The notes: generated from the sequence alone by a model not told the origin. DNA of 62,102 bases, filler included, from Choristocarpus tenellus KU-1152 (GCA_964200185.2; 14 parts of 14 records of this genome joined end to end with filler, not necessarily neighbours in it), one strand, 5' to 3'; shown: positions 26,190 to 40,388, counted from the whole stretch's first letter. Numbers and translations are program-made.

Positions 26190-26561
26190 ATGGATGACCA
26201 CATTATTGATGTCCTCATATCCACATTGTTGGATGATGCGGCTAGAGATATGAGGAGACACGTTGACATAATGGCAGAAAGTGCTATTGCTAGGAAAGAT
26301 AGCCACAATTTTGACAGAATGCTGAAGACTGCTAAGCAAGCTTGGAGGACTTTTCAGAAGAGTGGTGATACTGCTGAGGCAGAGTTCTGTCGTAAGCGGT
26401 ATCAGGAACTGGTGGCAGTGAGGCTGGGTCAGAATATTGGTGGTGCTGGGATTATGTTGGGAAGTGGTGGGACAGTGGTGAAGGAGGGATCGGGGTATTT
26501 GGATTCAGACAGTGACGAAAGGGGGGTTGACTTGGAAGGCTTTGGAGACAGGCAGCAGTAG
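26190..26561 (+). CDS. Hypothetical helical protein or terminal exon
   Basis: A 120+ codon open frame with protein-like composition (MDDHIIDVLISTLLDDAARDMRRH..), ending in an acidic tail. No recognised domain. Confidence 0.4.
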   Translation: MDDHIIDVLISTLLDDAARDMRRHVDIMAESAIARKDSHNFDRMLKTAKQAWRTFQKSGDTAEAEFCRKRYQELVAVRLGQNIGGAGIMLGSGGTVVKEGSGYLDSDSDERGVDLEGFGDRQQ

Positions 26562-27310
26562 TGGGGGGATCGACTATGGGAATCAGTTGTGAAAACACAG
26601 TTGTCAGTGTAGTGCTCAGTAGTCTTTCACAGCGGTCCCTGTGCACATAGGTGTACCATCACAGTGGACTGCAGTGGCAAATGTCTTTTATACACAGAAT
26701 GTATTTGTATTAAATTTACATTTTCAATATTCTAAAAATATCAAAGCAATAGAGTAAAGAGATATCACTGTACATCATATATTTTGGTACTTTCAGTAGA
26801 AATTTGAAATTTAGGATACAATACTCAAGAAGAGTCGTAAAATATGACATAGGAGAAATACAGCAATGACGTGGTCACCCCAATTGTAATAAAAAATATT
26901 ATCTGACCAGCCATATAGATAAAATGGTCTAACATGGTGGGCGAGTCCATCGTGATGGCTTACTCAACACGACCATGGACACTGACCATTCATGTACAAC
27001 CAAGTTCGAACATGGCCTAGTCCATGGCCATCACTACTTGCTCAATACGACCGGTCTCAACACCGACCATGTATAACCAAGTTTCAACATGTCCGATTCC
27101 ATGGCCATTGGCCATCTCAACATGGTCAACAGTGGAGATGCTATCTGCCCGACCCGATGAAAGCTCTGGATATAGCAGTCCATGGAAATGGGATCACTAA
27201 AATTTGGAAAGCGACCTCCAGGTGTAAGTTTTACTGGAACAAACTAATTGCGTATACACATACTGCTTGTGTATATGTAACAATATGTATCTTGGACCCA
27301 AAAACATACT

Positions 27311-27703
27311 ACTTTGAAGTACGCGTTTGTGCGGAATTACTTCGTCAAAAGACAGAGGATCTTGTTCATGGAACGCTGGCAATAGGTGTTCGTGTGGTTC
27401 GTTCTCTTCGAATTCTTCCTCCATGAGACTCTGAAAACGATTCTCTATTGTGTGATCGAACTATATGCCAGTTAGCAGTTTGAGTGATGCGGCATACGTA
27501 TATAGGGTAAGTGACTTTGAAGTACGCGTCTGTGTGGAATTATTTCGTCAAAAGACAGTTGTTCATGGAATGCTGGTAGTAGGTGTTCGTGTGGTTCGTT
27601 CTCTTCGAATTCTTCCTCCATGAGACTCTGAAAACGATTCTCTGTGTGTGATCGAACTATATATCAGTTAGAGTGATGTGGAATACGTATACAGGATAAG
27701 TGT
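27311..27703 (-). repeat. About 203-bp tandem duplication containing a 90-nt phase-0 exon-like segment (27430-27341)
   Basis: Two adjacent copies. One reads TTTTCAG|SLMEEEFEENEPHEHLLPAFHEQDPLSFDE|GTAATT. Confidence 0.7.
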
Positions 27704-29315
27704 CCTGCCCAAAGTACAGGTGATATACTAAGAGTCTCGCCCCAAGTACTGTTAAAGTACTCTCCCACTTGAGAATATCCCGTCGACTTCGCCACGGTGA
27801 AACAGATGGAAGCAGGCTGGCACAGGCTCTTCAGATTGAAGGGGAACAGGAAGACCCATAGGAGGAAGGGAATAGATAGAGACACAGCAAGAGGGAGCAC
27901 AATTTCTCAGAAGATCACCTAGGAAAAAGTGAACAAGAAAAAAGTGAAAGAGGGGGGTTTGCAAGGTACGCTCAAACCACCCATTATCTTCTTCAAGCAG
28001 ATGTTAACTTCAACATGCAAAAGCAGATGTCATATGAGCAACAGACCTTGAAGATAGGTCACCTTAGAGGTATACCTTAGTCAGAAGATGGCTCTCACAA
28101 TCTAACCTACTTCTTAGTCAACCCGTGTGTATCACGTACTGAGTTTGTATGTTGAAGAATATCTACCAAATATGTCAGACATACTCTAAACCGTGTAAAG
28201 TGCAACGGTAAGTCATGATCATATACTGCACTGGGCAATATGCATGCGATGTGGATACTTGTAGATGCTTACAAACTAAAGAATCATTGCTAGTGGATGG
28301 ACCAACAGTTGACATTAATTGATGATACTGAAATGCATCTATAGAAATATATAATATTTTCTGATATTTCCAGATGTGTCAAGGAAAAAGCCACACCAAT
28401 ATCACAAGGACCCCTGTAAAATGAACAGTTGTCCAAATGTTGAAGGTATCTCTCTAAAATATGTTTACTATTTGAATACCACCTATACAACAAACACTCC
28501 CTTGAAGCTTGGCAAGTACGATGTAATGCGTACATTGCTGCTATCCCTCCAACCCAGCTTAGCCCTAAACAACTAGGTGTGGACCTAGGGAAGCATCCCA
28601 AGAATCTGACAGGCCCATCTTTGCCCATCTGCCTGGTGTCTCCAGCTTGAAAAGCACGACATGTCTCGAGAGGGCTGTACAAAATAGGACAATAGTGAGG
28701 TGCACCTTGTTTTGTGTATGAGAGATGTAACTAATGCGATAGTACATCCGGATTATGAATGGGAATATGTATGGGTTTTTATTCTGCATTCAACTACTTT
28801 GACATAACCATGGACTTATGTGTGAGGTACAAATAATAATAAAACAAGCAATGAGAAGACACCCCACAAAGGTCACTTTTACGGGTCAAAGTATCTGCGG
28901 GGGGGGGGGGGGTTTGTGAGGGGGCGGCCGTTTCGGNNNNNNNNNNNNNNNNNNNNNNNNNNNNNNNNNNNNNNNNNNNNTTAATTAATTAANNNNNNNN
29001 NNNNNNNNNNNNNNNNNNNNNNNNNNNNNNNNNNNNACTTAACTTCCTCTTGGCAGTTGTTTCCCTTATCCCCCACCACATAATTGAACCCCTCCCCCCT
29101 ACATCTAACTCACATCCCCCCCCCCCCCCCCCCCAAGTTGTCAACATCTATTGGACTACAACAATGAAAGATGGTCAAATCCACCAGGGGGGTGATGGGA
29201 GAATCCAGTTACACCTTTAGGTGTGAGCATAAGGGAGGAACTGGTTATAGATATGCTTTGTTGAAAGGCGCTTGTTCTCCCCACGAAAAAACCAGGGACT
29301 GAAAATGAAAGGGAA

Positions 29316-32300
29316 CTACTTGCAGTGGAACCGACTGTGTAACTCTTCTGCCAGTAACATAAAAACATCACGGAGAGTTTCAGTCGCAGTAAGGCAGCAC
29401 ACACACCCTTCCACGCCACAACGCTCATCATAGAGCACAAGCACATCCCAAACTACACAAACCTACTGTTGTTCGACAATCACATTCAACCTCTTCTCTA
29501 TTAAGCTCATAGTAATAACCCCGCCCCTCCAGTTACCATTGATCACTCTTTGCTTGGGTATGAAAATTGCCTCTGCTAATAGTGTTCCAGAAAAAATAAG
29601 CCTGATTTAGCAAGTACACCTCCTTGTTAGCCCTGCTCCTAACAATGAATAACTCATGCCACGATTTTGGTGAAAAACACAACTCATTCATGGCAGTGAA
29701 CTATATATCTTTCACAATAAAATAAATGGCCAATAGTACTATTGAAGAGTTGCTAAAACAGAAATGAACAGGACCAACTATACAAGAAACTGAAACTGTC
29801 CCCAATTAGGTTGTTATCCTTGCAACAAAAACTTCTGGTAGACACAGCAGGTATCACAAAATAGTAAAAATGCAGTGAAGAACACACCAAGGAGAAAGTA
29901 ATGAGTAAAAAAACATTTTTCTGGTATTTGTTTAGTTTCAAGTGTGCATTGGTGTGAAAGAAGCACATGAAAAAATACAACACGAGCAAGTGTTGTGTCA
30001 AGAACAGCCCTTGCTCTCTCCCAATACTTCAAATCCCACCCATCCACCCTGCACCCCAAACTACACCATCTAGAATCCCAAATCTTAACCCATCCCTTCC
30101 CCCCCTCATCCTTCAACTCTTACCAACAGCCTTGGCAAGGCCCTTCCAAGAGCTCCCCCCACCCCTCAAGCTCTTGTCTGCCACAAACTCCACAACTCCG
30201 TCTTCTGGGAGCGCTTCACAGTAAACCCTGCAGGCCCTCTCCTCTCGACGGGTTCTGTCTTCCTCCCCCCCCCCACTAACTCCTTCTACCTCCCTCCCTG
30301 CCTGTAAGCTGCCATGCCGCTCCTCATCAAGGTCACCCAGGCCAAATCCGTCACCCAGGGCAAGCGAATGATCACCAGGACCAGACAAAGAGGTGGCTTC
30401 ACTGTTTTGCCGAGAACGTGGTATTATTTCCTCTGCCTGAACGGCACTTTCCTCACCCCCTCCAAATCCGCCTTCCTTGAGATCTGTGAGGGCATCAACC
30501 CCTTTTTCAGCAGCCCTACTCGAGTTGGGAGTTTTTGGAGAAAGTGAAACACCGAGTTGGGGGGTGAAGGGAAGGACAACTTGGTCAGTTTGAAGAGGAG
30601 GTTCAGTCGGTGGGGGTGAGGGGGAGGTACTCGTAACAGTTGTCTCTAGATAATGAAATTTAGTGGCATTTGCTTGAGTTTGTCATATTAAGCACATGAT
30701 ATCAGGGGAAGAGATGAGGGGTACAAGGGCTGGACTACATGGACCTACCACATGCAATTCATCAGTTGGAATTATAATGGCTAGGGCATTGGGACACATG
30801 TATCATCCCAACTGCATATACAAAAGCCAGTCCAAAAGGTTTTACAGCATACTGCACAACAGTGCTCTAAATGTATTTTCTCAGGACTAACAACACAAAG
30901 CCAAACGGCATTCAGGTAGAAATCCACAAACTTGTGAGACTCATCTTTGCACCAATCAACCCAATCTCAGATTCGCCCTCACATCCTTGCATTTCCAATT
31001 ACATTGCTCAGCCCTATCAGCATATTGGTTGCATATCAAAATAAAATCTCATAAGCTGAAAATTGAGTGCACACTGCTTCACCCAGTGTGCTGTATCCTT
31101 GGCTGCATGGAACACCTGCCCTGGGTTTCTTTTGCCAACATGGAAAAGGGAAACTATCAATTCTGACAAGCATCATTTCTGTCAGATAATTGGAACCATG
31201 CACTTGGAATTGAGACCATGCTTGACTTTTTAAGGAGGAAGAATATGAAAATGCTGGACTTTTAAAGTCAGCAACATGTTCCTGCGGTTCAAGGTGACTC
31301 GCATAGCTATTTTCTGGAGCCACCGAGCCTGCACAGATCTGCTTACAAAAAACAGCGTATCTCATGTCATGATTTGCACAAAAAATAACACACATCCTCA
31401 CTTTTCACAAATATTGAACAAAATGGCAAAAGCGCTGCAAAAAAGTGCAAAAGGGAAAAAAAATATCCCTCCCCCTAAAGAATTTGATATGACAATAAAA
31501 CAAGTTGGCAGAAAAAACTCACAATTTCGCCCTCACAGACACTGCCAAGGTATCACTTGCTCCATCCTCCAAATTTGACGGTGATGGGTATGGGCTTACG
31601 TCCACTGTCAACCTGCGATTTCCCTTTCGTGGAGAGGAAGCCCCACCCTCTCCTCCATTAAGCGACATTATGACATCTCCACCCCCATGCCTTGCCACCC
31701 AACAAAGTCATTTCCAGGCAAAAGTGGTTTTCCCAATCAAATTGGTTACAGCCCCGACAAGGCCAGAGATGTGCCAATGAAACAGACCACATCATAGTGG
31801 TGCGTGGTACAACATGCAGCAAGACATCATATACAAACAACACGGCATGCAAATGAGGGGTGGGAGTCGCAACGTACGGGAAGGGAGTCGGGGCGGAGGA
31901 AGGGTTAGGAGGGGAGTGAGGGGTATTGAGATGAAGGGTGACAAATATTGAGGGCACAGATGTTGTGGCCGGTGGCGTTAAAAGCAGAGTTAACAAGAGA
32001 TACATAAGGTGGACCCTTCTTTTGGCACTATGACTCTACTCAAAATTGGATGGAGTGGGATGAACAGGAGATTTCCAGAAAAGTCGAATAGATCTTCTCC
32101 TGTATAGCACAAGCAAGACAACATAATAATCTAAGCATTCAGATCATTACCCTTCAACGAATGCATAGAACACACACATACATAATCCACAACAAGAAAA
32201 AGAACACCAGCTGTCCATGCTCTGCTAGCATGTAGGTGACAATGTGTTGGGTTTGTTTGAGTCACTAACCGAGGAGCTGAGAATCCCCCAACCCCAACCC

Positions 32301-33160
32301 CATGGTATGAAGAGCCTCCCAAAGATTCGTGTCGTGAGCCACCTCCAATAGAGCCTGCAACAGAACCATGGCGCGAGGACTCACTAACTGAACCATGACG
32401 TGACCCAGCCCCGGCCCCCACTGCACTCTTCTTCTTCCGACTCCCACCAAAAATAAGGGTTTCGACAGAAAAGTCTCCCCTGGAGAGTCGTCTTTTAATG
32501 AAGCAAAAAGGAGGTGGTACAAAGAAGGTGACAGAGGGTTGGGAAGGTAGGTTGGGATGGGGCAAGGGGACAACATTAGGGATCATGATCTGAAGGAAGA
32601 CGAATTTCAATGACATGGGCGGTGTATAGCACATGATGAATAATGAACAGATGAGGTCAGTTGTGATCAATGGAAAATTGAACAATAGGTTCAAAATAGT
32701 GCAACACTATTTCCATCTCTAGCACATGCCATCGTGTTTTCATCTGCGGAAAACGCGTATAGCTCTGGAGGGTCGGAGGGTGAGCCAGGCCAGTTCCTGC
32801 ATCGATGACAGCAGTAAATCTTAACAGCCCAGGGATGAATACTTGTTGGCTTCCCAAACCGTAGCATTCCATAGCATGTGTTCGTATTGATGACATGAGC
32901 ATATTTATTTTCCTCGGGTCTTGGCCCCTCACACTTGAAGAGTGCCACCCCACCACACTCCTCCAAAGCGAATACTCACTGCATAGCACTAGAGCTCTCA
33001 TAACCATTCGTCTTGAAGAAACTCTTCTTGCTTTTTGACTGGGGAGGCAGGGGTCGACGCCCGTCACTAACGAGCCGTCCACGACCAAAAACAACTAAGC
33101 GGCGATCAAGAGCCACCTGGAGGACAAGGCCACCACAACCATCTACATAATCGCCCATCA
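29316..33160 (-). CDS. 3' portion of an unknown multi-exon gene with long Gly/Ser-rich disordered segments; exons about 33160-32980, 32590-32278, 31690-31520, 30590-30125, 29347-29316
   Basis: Open frames end in GTGAGT/GTTAGT/GTAAGA donors with compatible phases where checked (..GFSAPR|HGGGD.., ..WKGLAKAV|EELHSRFHCK*). Confidence 0.5.
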
Positions 33161-34373
33161 GGTTCTAGGAGTTTAGAGAAGGACACACATGAAAACGGAG
33201 TGGGGATAGTGAGGGTTTCGCATCGCATGCAGGGTAACGATTGATGACCTCAAAGGAAGAGGTCAAGGCCAAGGAGGCGGGAACGAGGGGGAAGGGTAGG
33301 TCCAACATCTTCCATGCGAACTTTGGGTAGGTTGGGAAATGTTGGTGGGCTTTGGAGGCTAGTTCATGGGTTGGATAAGGGCGCTACTCTTTGCTCCATA
33401 GGAAGAAGAAAATGCAAGGTTACGATGCCAGGAGCACATTGTACTCAAGAGCTGAATGAAGTGGCAGGGTAGTTGGGGGATTGCATCATTGCCTTGATGA
33501 GGGCAGTAATCGATCTTATGTTACACACGCGAAAAACAGGGGATGCCCCCACATCGAGATCAGTATGACCTCTCTAGGCCTGGCACATGGTCAGACCAAA
33601 AACCTCCCAGGAAATACTGCAACCTTTTGGGGTCAACTGGTCGTTTACAACAGGCCATACGAAAAAATTGAATACAGAAGTTCAAACGTACCACTCTGGC
33701 AGGACTGTGAGCGGCAAAACACCCCTCGGTGGATCCATACGTGCTCTGAAATACCCCCNNNNNNNNNNNNNNNNNNNNNNNNNNNNNNNNNNNNNNNNNN
33801 NNTTAATTAATTAANNNNNNNNNNNNNNNNNNNNNNNNNNNNNNNNNNNNNNNNNNNNTTTTTTTTTTGGACAAAAAAAAGCCCCCCGGCGGGCCCCCCC
33901 CCCCCCCCCCCCCCAGATACTTTCAGTCTTAGCCCCCCTTCGAGAAGGTCTTCCTGTCCTCTCCCTGGCTCGAACAGTCAGGGGATATTCACTCATCTCG
34001 TGACTTAACCCTGTGCATCTCATGCATCTTCTACGTTGGCCGTCATCTCCCCCCAGTCTTATAGCCCGATCGAGGTCGGGACAGTTGTACTTGGAGAGAC
34101 TATCTTTGCCACACAAAAAAAAAGACTACACGGCCCTTTCCTCGACCCTTTCTACCAGCAGTCCACCTTCCCGCACTCACAACCAGAGCATGGCAGTTCG
34201 CTTTGCCACTTGAAGAACTTGACAACTCCATGCTGGAAGTCTCTACCTCAACTCCACGTCCACTGCCCAGACTGATCCCCGACAGATGATGTCAGTGCCA
34301 TGAAGACCGAGGTCACAGTCATAGACTCCAAAGGTATCTTGAGCTCTCACTTAAAAAGCGAGGGAATCCTCTC

Positions 34374-35220
34374 CCTACTTCCCAGCGAACGTGGGGAGGT
34401 TGGCGACCCTGATGGGGTTGCCGGCAGATGTCTTGTACACAATAATTTGCTCACTACTAGCCTCGTCGATCAGCACAACGTCCCAGGAATAATCGGTCCG
34501 CTACGCAGCGTGTTAAAATATTCCACACTGGACCCGCGGCTTTGATGCTTTGATGAAAGACGGTGAATATCTTGGTGTAGATATGTAAAGTTAATATTAC
34601 TAGGGGCTTGTGGTCTCGATTCCGCTGACTGACTTCTGGGGTGAGACAGGTGTTGACTGCCATGAGGGGTTTGCAACGTCCACATGGATAATCAGAAAAA
34701 AATACTACCACTGTATCATACGTTATTCCGGAGATTTGTAGTGGTGATGTACTAAGGGAGATTTTGTTGATTGTAGGAGACGCTATATGCATTGCTAAGG
34801 ACCCTGCCATTTCATGGATTGTGGGAGACGCAACATAGATATACCGAAAAATATATCTGTCTCTACTTTTCCTCCTTTACTCCATTACTCCACTGGTGGT
34901 GTTTATCTTCCCTATCTTCTCCACCGATGGTGTTTATAGTGTATCAGCAGCACTATCTACAAACAGTCTGCACCGACACTTCCTTCGTAAGAGTTGGAGG
35001 GGTCAAGTCTGGGGTTTCCTCTCATAACCACTTCAAGAATCCAGGGACCGCCACTTCCATGTATGCTTGCGTTGCCAAGGCATGTCTCGAATTCCTTGAA
35101 AAATGTGTTTCCACATTTCTTCACGAACCTCACCGCATAGGCGATGGGAACCACTTCGTGCGACTTCAAATGAGCAGCTGTCATCTTTGAACCACGCGTG
35201 TTCTTCAGTCTCCTCAGTAC
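34374..35220 (-). CDS. Possible terminal exons of an unknown gene
   Basis: Open segments VLRRLKNTRGSKMTAAHLKSHEVVPIAYAVRFVKKC..SYE and RTDYSWDVVLIDEASSEQIIVYKTSAGNPIRVANLPTFAGK*, each after an AG acceptor. Confidence 0.35.
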
Positions 35221-35567
35221 CTATGACACCGCGGCATTCAGATCGAAGCTTATGGTCGTGACCGCAACCTGACAAGCCATGCATGATTCAATGTTCCAAG
35301 AATTTTGTATCGGTATTGGCTTTGTAAGGTTAGACGTTACAGTGAAGTGGTGTGATGGTGATATTGGGAGGTCTTGTACAATAGAAGGCGTCGGCATAAT
35401 CTAATGAAATCGTAGTATAACCCGCTTCAATAACATTTCTTCAGTTCTCTTTTTCCCGTTCAGATTTTCACCAAAAAGAAAAATCAAGCGGCAAAACAAA
35501 ACGTGCATATAGGAGATGGGCTATGCAGTCACTGGATTGTGGTGAGGAGATATCATAGTCCAATCAA

Positions 35568-35749
35568 GGCTCAAAGTATCTGGGGGGGGGGTGGCGGCTG
35601 TCCATTTGGGGTCAATTCTTTCATGTCACGATTTTTTTGTGATTTGGTTGCATACATCGGATAGATAATGTAAGTGCACTTTTCCTAGTCATGACCAAAA
35701 AGGACATCCTGGTGTAGACCCAATCCCCCACTCCCAGATACTTTGGGTC
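35568..35749 (+). mobile_element. MITE family B, full copy (about 180 bp)
   Basis: TIR GGCTCAAAGTATCTGGG...CCCAGATACTTTGGGTC. Confidence 0.9.
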
Positions 35750-37013
35750 AAAGCAAGGGTGAATTTGTTCTGCTAAACCTGACAACATGTTTTACTTAAT
35801 CAGGGGATGGTTTATGTGGGATTGTTCTCATTCCTTGAGATATTCAAATGAAGAAATGTATGCTCTGTAAAGAGTCTTGTCACCTTGACGGAGAAGGGTT
35901 TCTGAGGATGTTTTATCTCTGTATATATTGCATCTAGGTGTGTATCAGGTACACTTAGGGCAGAGTGAGCTTGATGTTCTTAGAAGGGGTCAATTCCAGT
36001 CAGAAAAAGAATAATCAACGTATGAGACCAAGCTGATGCCTCTGATATGAATATCAAAGCAAAACAAGGAGACAAAGTCGAATCAATATCTGGGATAATT
36101 CATATGGCACATACTATGTATGTTTGACACATGTAGACTGTTCCATACTTCCTATGGACCATGATGTTTTAACAGTAATTGATGATGGTATGATGTAGAT
36201 GTAAGTAACGACCAGTATCGATATTCTAATCAATAGTACTAACAGGTAGTACAAGATCGTATAGAGTACACAAAAGATGTGTAGCCTATGTTTCAACATG
36301 TATCGTACCATCTCCGGAAAGCAAGTTGGATTGGCTCAACGTGAACGGGTCAAGTTCAATCAAAGAAGTTGTTTTGTTCAGTACGCACAAGGGGAGATGC
36401 GTGGCAGTGGAGCTGGATTTGATCCACAAGTGTTGTTTTTGACTGTGTACTGTATAACATCCTTGTAGAGTGGAATTGAATAAGTAGGGCAGGGCATTGG
36501 ACGGAGAGGTTGGCTCATCATTGTATTTCCAAGCAGTATAATGATGAGCCGAAGCGTACAAGACGTGCCCAGGTTTCACCATTTGGTATAATTAGCAAGT
36601 TTTTCAGTTTGTTGCAATTCATCCATATTCCCGTGGATGAAGTGCTAAGTGTTGCACATCTTTGACATCCTTAAAATGTAACTCTGGGTATCTCTCGTTT
36701 TTTTTCACTCAATACGTGGTAAGCCTACCTGTCTATATGTAGGAAAATTGCACTCTTCCTCCTGCTAGAAACTTTAAACTAACATTAAAAAACTAATAAC
36801 ATGATGTCAAATTCAAATTTTGCACTAAAACCTAGATCATGACCCTCAATGGTTGTGGTTCAAGTTCTTTCGTGTGCCAGAAGATGATATTGGTTTCATT
36901 GATGAGATGGTCTTCATGTTGAATGCCTCTTGTAGAATCTATTCAAATATAGCAGAGTACAATATACTGTATGCTATTCATGTGAATATAACCAGTATAC
37001 ATACAATGGTCCA

Positions 37014-37189
37014 GACCTAAAGTATCTTGGGGGGGGGGTGTCTACACCATAGGGTCCATTTAGAACAAAACCAGGAATAGTGGATTTTTATTATCCATCC
37101 AACGTATGGAACCAAATCACCCAATAATTGCGACATGAAAAAAATGGTCCCAAATGGACAGCCGCCAACCCCCCCAGATACTTTGAGCC
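37014..37189 (-). mobile_element. MITE family B, full copy with 4-bp TSD TCCA
   Basis: TCCA|GACCTAAAGTATCTTGGG...CCCAGATACTTTGAGCC|TCCA. Confidence 0.9.
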
Positions 37190-37715
37190 TCCAGTCAATA
37201 CACTTATATATACAAATCGATATCTCCACTCGTAGTACATGAGTACCAAGAACTAAAATAATACAGGATCGGAATTGGAACCAGTCTGGAAACTCTTGGG
37301 AAAAAGAATTTGTCCAACTACTCTGGAGTATTTCTGTTTTACTTGGTACTCATTCTACAGTTGTAGAACACCAGCTTGCAAGAACTATGAAATATAGTAG
37401 TTTCCTAGTAGTTTGTCCTTCCAAGTTAAAAAAAAGTGCTAACGATGATTTTGTTTGTTACTTCTTTCAACAATAGTATTCATCTTCAGTTAAAGGGGAC
37501 GCAATTGGGGGGAATACCGAATGAACTGTTCGCTTCTCTCATTATCCTTTATCCCGCCAATCAACAACAGCCCTCCATATATCATTGAACTATACTAAGA
37601 ATAATATGTTTGTGTCAACCATACTTAATGCACAAATTCAGTCCAACCTTTATTCGATGTGAACACTATCTGTAACTCTTGCTATATACTCAGCAATTGG
37701 TACTACTTTGCAGAA

Positions 37716-39555
37716 TTATTGACTATATCCAGGGTCCAGATCATTCGAAATTATGGTCATGATGTGCCAAAGCATCTTCGCTTGAATCAACTTCACAGGC
37801 TCCGAAAAGTGAACCGAGCCATCCATCCTCTTGCACTCAAATTTGTTAAATATACTTGCAGTGTCTTCCAGGAGGTAGAATCTCCCAGAGGAGTTTCCTT
37901 CAAGGTTGTTAATCTCTCCATTCTGCAAGACTTCAAGACGCCGGACAAGAAGCTCATCCATCCACCCAGACCGTTCATCCCCCTCCATAAATGGGTTACC
38001 TTGCATGAACAACACTATGGGTCGCAAGCCTCCTATTGATTGTTGCTGTGCGAAGTCGATTAGTTGCTGAGTGACGTCCAGGCATTGGTCCATAGCTATC
38101 TTTGAGCGTTCCTGAATAACTCGTGCGTGCGCATCACCCGCCTGGATTCCTCCTTCGTTAGCTACCTTCTCAGACCCCAACTATCGAACAATATAACAGA
38201 CAGGTCAATGTTAATGGAAGAGAAGGTCGGTTGCACCCAGGAGAGCTCAATAATCCAGTGTGAGCAAGGAAACTCTGTACTATGACAAGACAGATATGTC
38301 AGCAAGTGATACCACAGGGTCAATGCACATAACCCTAATCAACATAGAATTGAAACTGATCGTCTGATCTTGGAGCTTAGAATAAAGTGACATGAGAAAA
38401 GAAAAGTGTAGAGATTGGTAGAAATGCCTCGTAGACCTAGGGCAAAATATGTCATATGTAGACTTTCAATACCAGGGAATAAGTACAATGCAACACATCC
38501 CTCCGGCACTCTCTTGCACAAAACACTTTAAATAAGACAAGGCGATAAATTCAGAATCACAACACATCAGCGATCTTTCAATCACCCGAAGGAGAGAATA
38601 CTTGGCTGAATGGTGGTGAATTTCTGTGTGTGGGAAGAGGGAATATCAAGTTTCGTACAGCATGTTGAACAGAAAGCAAAGAAATGGAGTGTATTCCACA
38701 GGGAAAAATAGGTGGCTTGGGCAAATTGAAGTGTCCACTAATACCCTTCAAAACATAAAGATTTCAGCCCTTGCAAGATATATATTAGACAAAACCTACA
38801 TGAGTCAGTACCCTCTTACCACCGTAGTGATATCATGGATGCCGAACTGCGTCACGATCACTACCACTTTCTGAGCAGGATCATCCAAACCACTTGTGGA
38901 ATTTGCGATTGAAGTAGGAAAATCTTTGCAATGTGGTGTCCACTCGTAGGTGGCATCCAAAGCTCCAACCCTGTGATCTACAGTTGTATGCGCGAGCACA
39001 TGAGCTGGTTTTATTCCCGTGTACAGAGCTTCGAAGCTATCGACCAGACGTCTCGTCGTGCTGTCCCCAATGAAACGGAAGTGGAACATGTTGGCTACCT
39101 TGGTCATGTTTTTCTTTGAAAGGTCTGCAACCTGTGAAATGGCAGTTGGGATAGGGATTGGAGAGACGTAGCGAGGGAGGTTATGTTGACGAGATTGGCT
39201 GAAGATGAAGGCAACAGGTGGAACACCTTGGGAGCAGGACAGCATGCATTCTCGCAAGGCGAGCGTGAGATTCTCGGCGATAGGCAGTCTGGTTAGGAAA
39301 AAAAATGTTTATGTCTGCAATTATCACCTTGAATGTACAGCGACGGTTTGATGAGACAGGAAACACGGCATCAACATCGACATTACTCGGGACATCACAG
39401 CCACCGTCTGGAAAGACCACGTCCCGGACACACTCCTCTATATGTTCACGCAAACTCGTTTTGATGTCCAAGGCAACCGTGGCCGCCACAAAGGTCTCAC
39501 ATGAGAGGAGGGTGAGGACCCATACTATCGTCTTCATCAACGTAACAGGGTACAT
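37716..39555 (-). CDS. Secreted or membrane-anchored SGNH/GDSL-fold (PC-esterase-like) protein; exons about 39555-39328, 39290-38810, 38180-37716
   Basis: Hydrophobic N-terminus, block I FRFIGDSTTRRL, block III-like VTQFGIHD, and block V-like RMDGSVHF near the C-terminus. Confidence 0.75.
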
Positions 39556-39789
39556 GAACTCAGTCTGAAATGTTAGGCAGGTCGGTAGGCTCATTTACGT
39601 CTACGACACCACAACGGTTCGACGAAACTCTTTACATCTTCCCCAATTTAGCATGATGATGAGGTGTTAAGTTATAGTTGAGAGGACTTGCTTCTTTAGT
39701 GTTTGAAACTATTGACATCATTCTGAAAATATCCTGTAGAAATTTGAAAAGAACGTCGAATTCTTCATATTGACTGACACCCTGAAATT

Positions 39790-40388
39790 TCAACCGAAGG
39801 CTACCTCTTGCCTAACTTTGGCTCAATGTTCGAGACACATCCTTCGATAGAACAGTAGTATTTGACGATTATCTTACACAATCAACACATAAAAATTGTT
39901 CACACTCTTCTCTCTTTTTGATTCAATTGACAACAGAAGAACTACCACCTCTTGCTTACTCTGACTCAATGTTTGTTCGAGACAGAACCTTCGAGAGAAT
40001 AGTAATATTTGACGATTATCTTACACAACCAATACATAAAAATTGTTCACACTCTTCTCTCTTTTTGATTCAATTGACAACAGAAGAACTACCACCTCTT
40101 GCTTACTTTGACTCAATGTTTGTTCGAGACAGAACCTTCGAGAGAATAGTAATATTTGACGATTATCTTACACAACCAATACATAAAAATTGTTCACACT
40201 CTTCTCTCTTTTTGATTCAATTGACAAGAGAAGAACTACCACCTCTTGCTTACTTTGACTCAATGTTTGTTAGAGACAGAACCTTCGATAGAATAGTAAT
40301 ATTTGACGATTATCTTACACAACCAATACATAAAAATTGTTCACACTCTTCTCTCTTTTTGATTCAATTGACAACAGAAGAACTACTA
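39790..40388. repeat. 147-bp tandem satellite, about 4 copies
   Basis: GAAGAACTAC recurs at 39936, 40083, 40230 and 40377 (period 147). The first copy is more degenerate. Confidence 0.95.

Noticed and set aside
26086-26561. ORF next to a TIR end as a possible transposase or Fanzor/TnpB cargo
   Set aside because: No DDE, RuvC or zinc-ribbon motifs are visible, and the ORF lies outside the element terminus.
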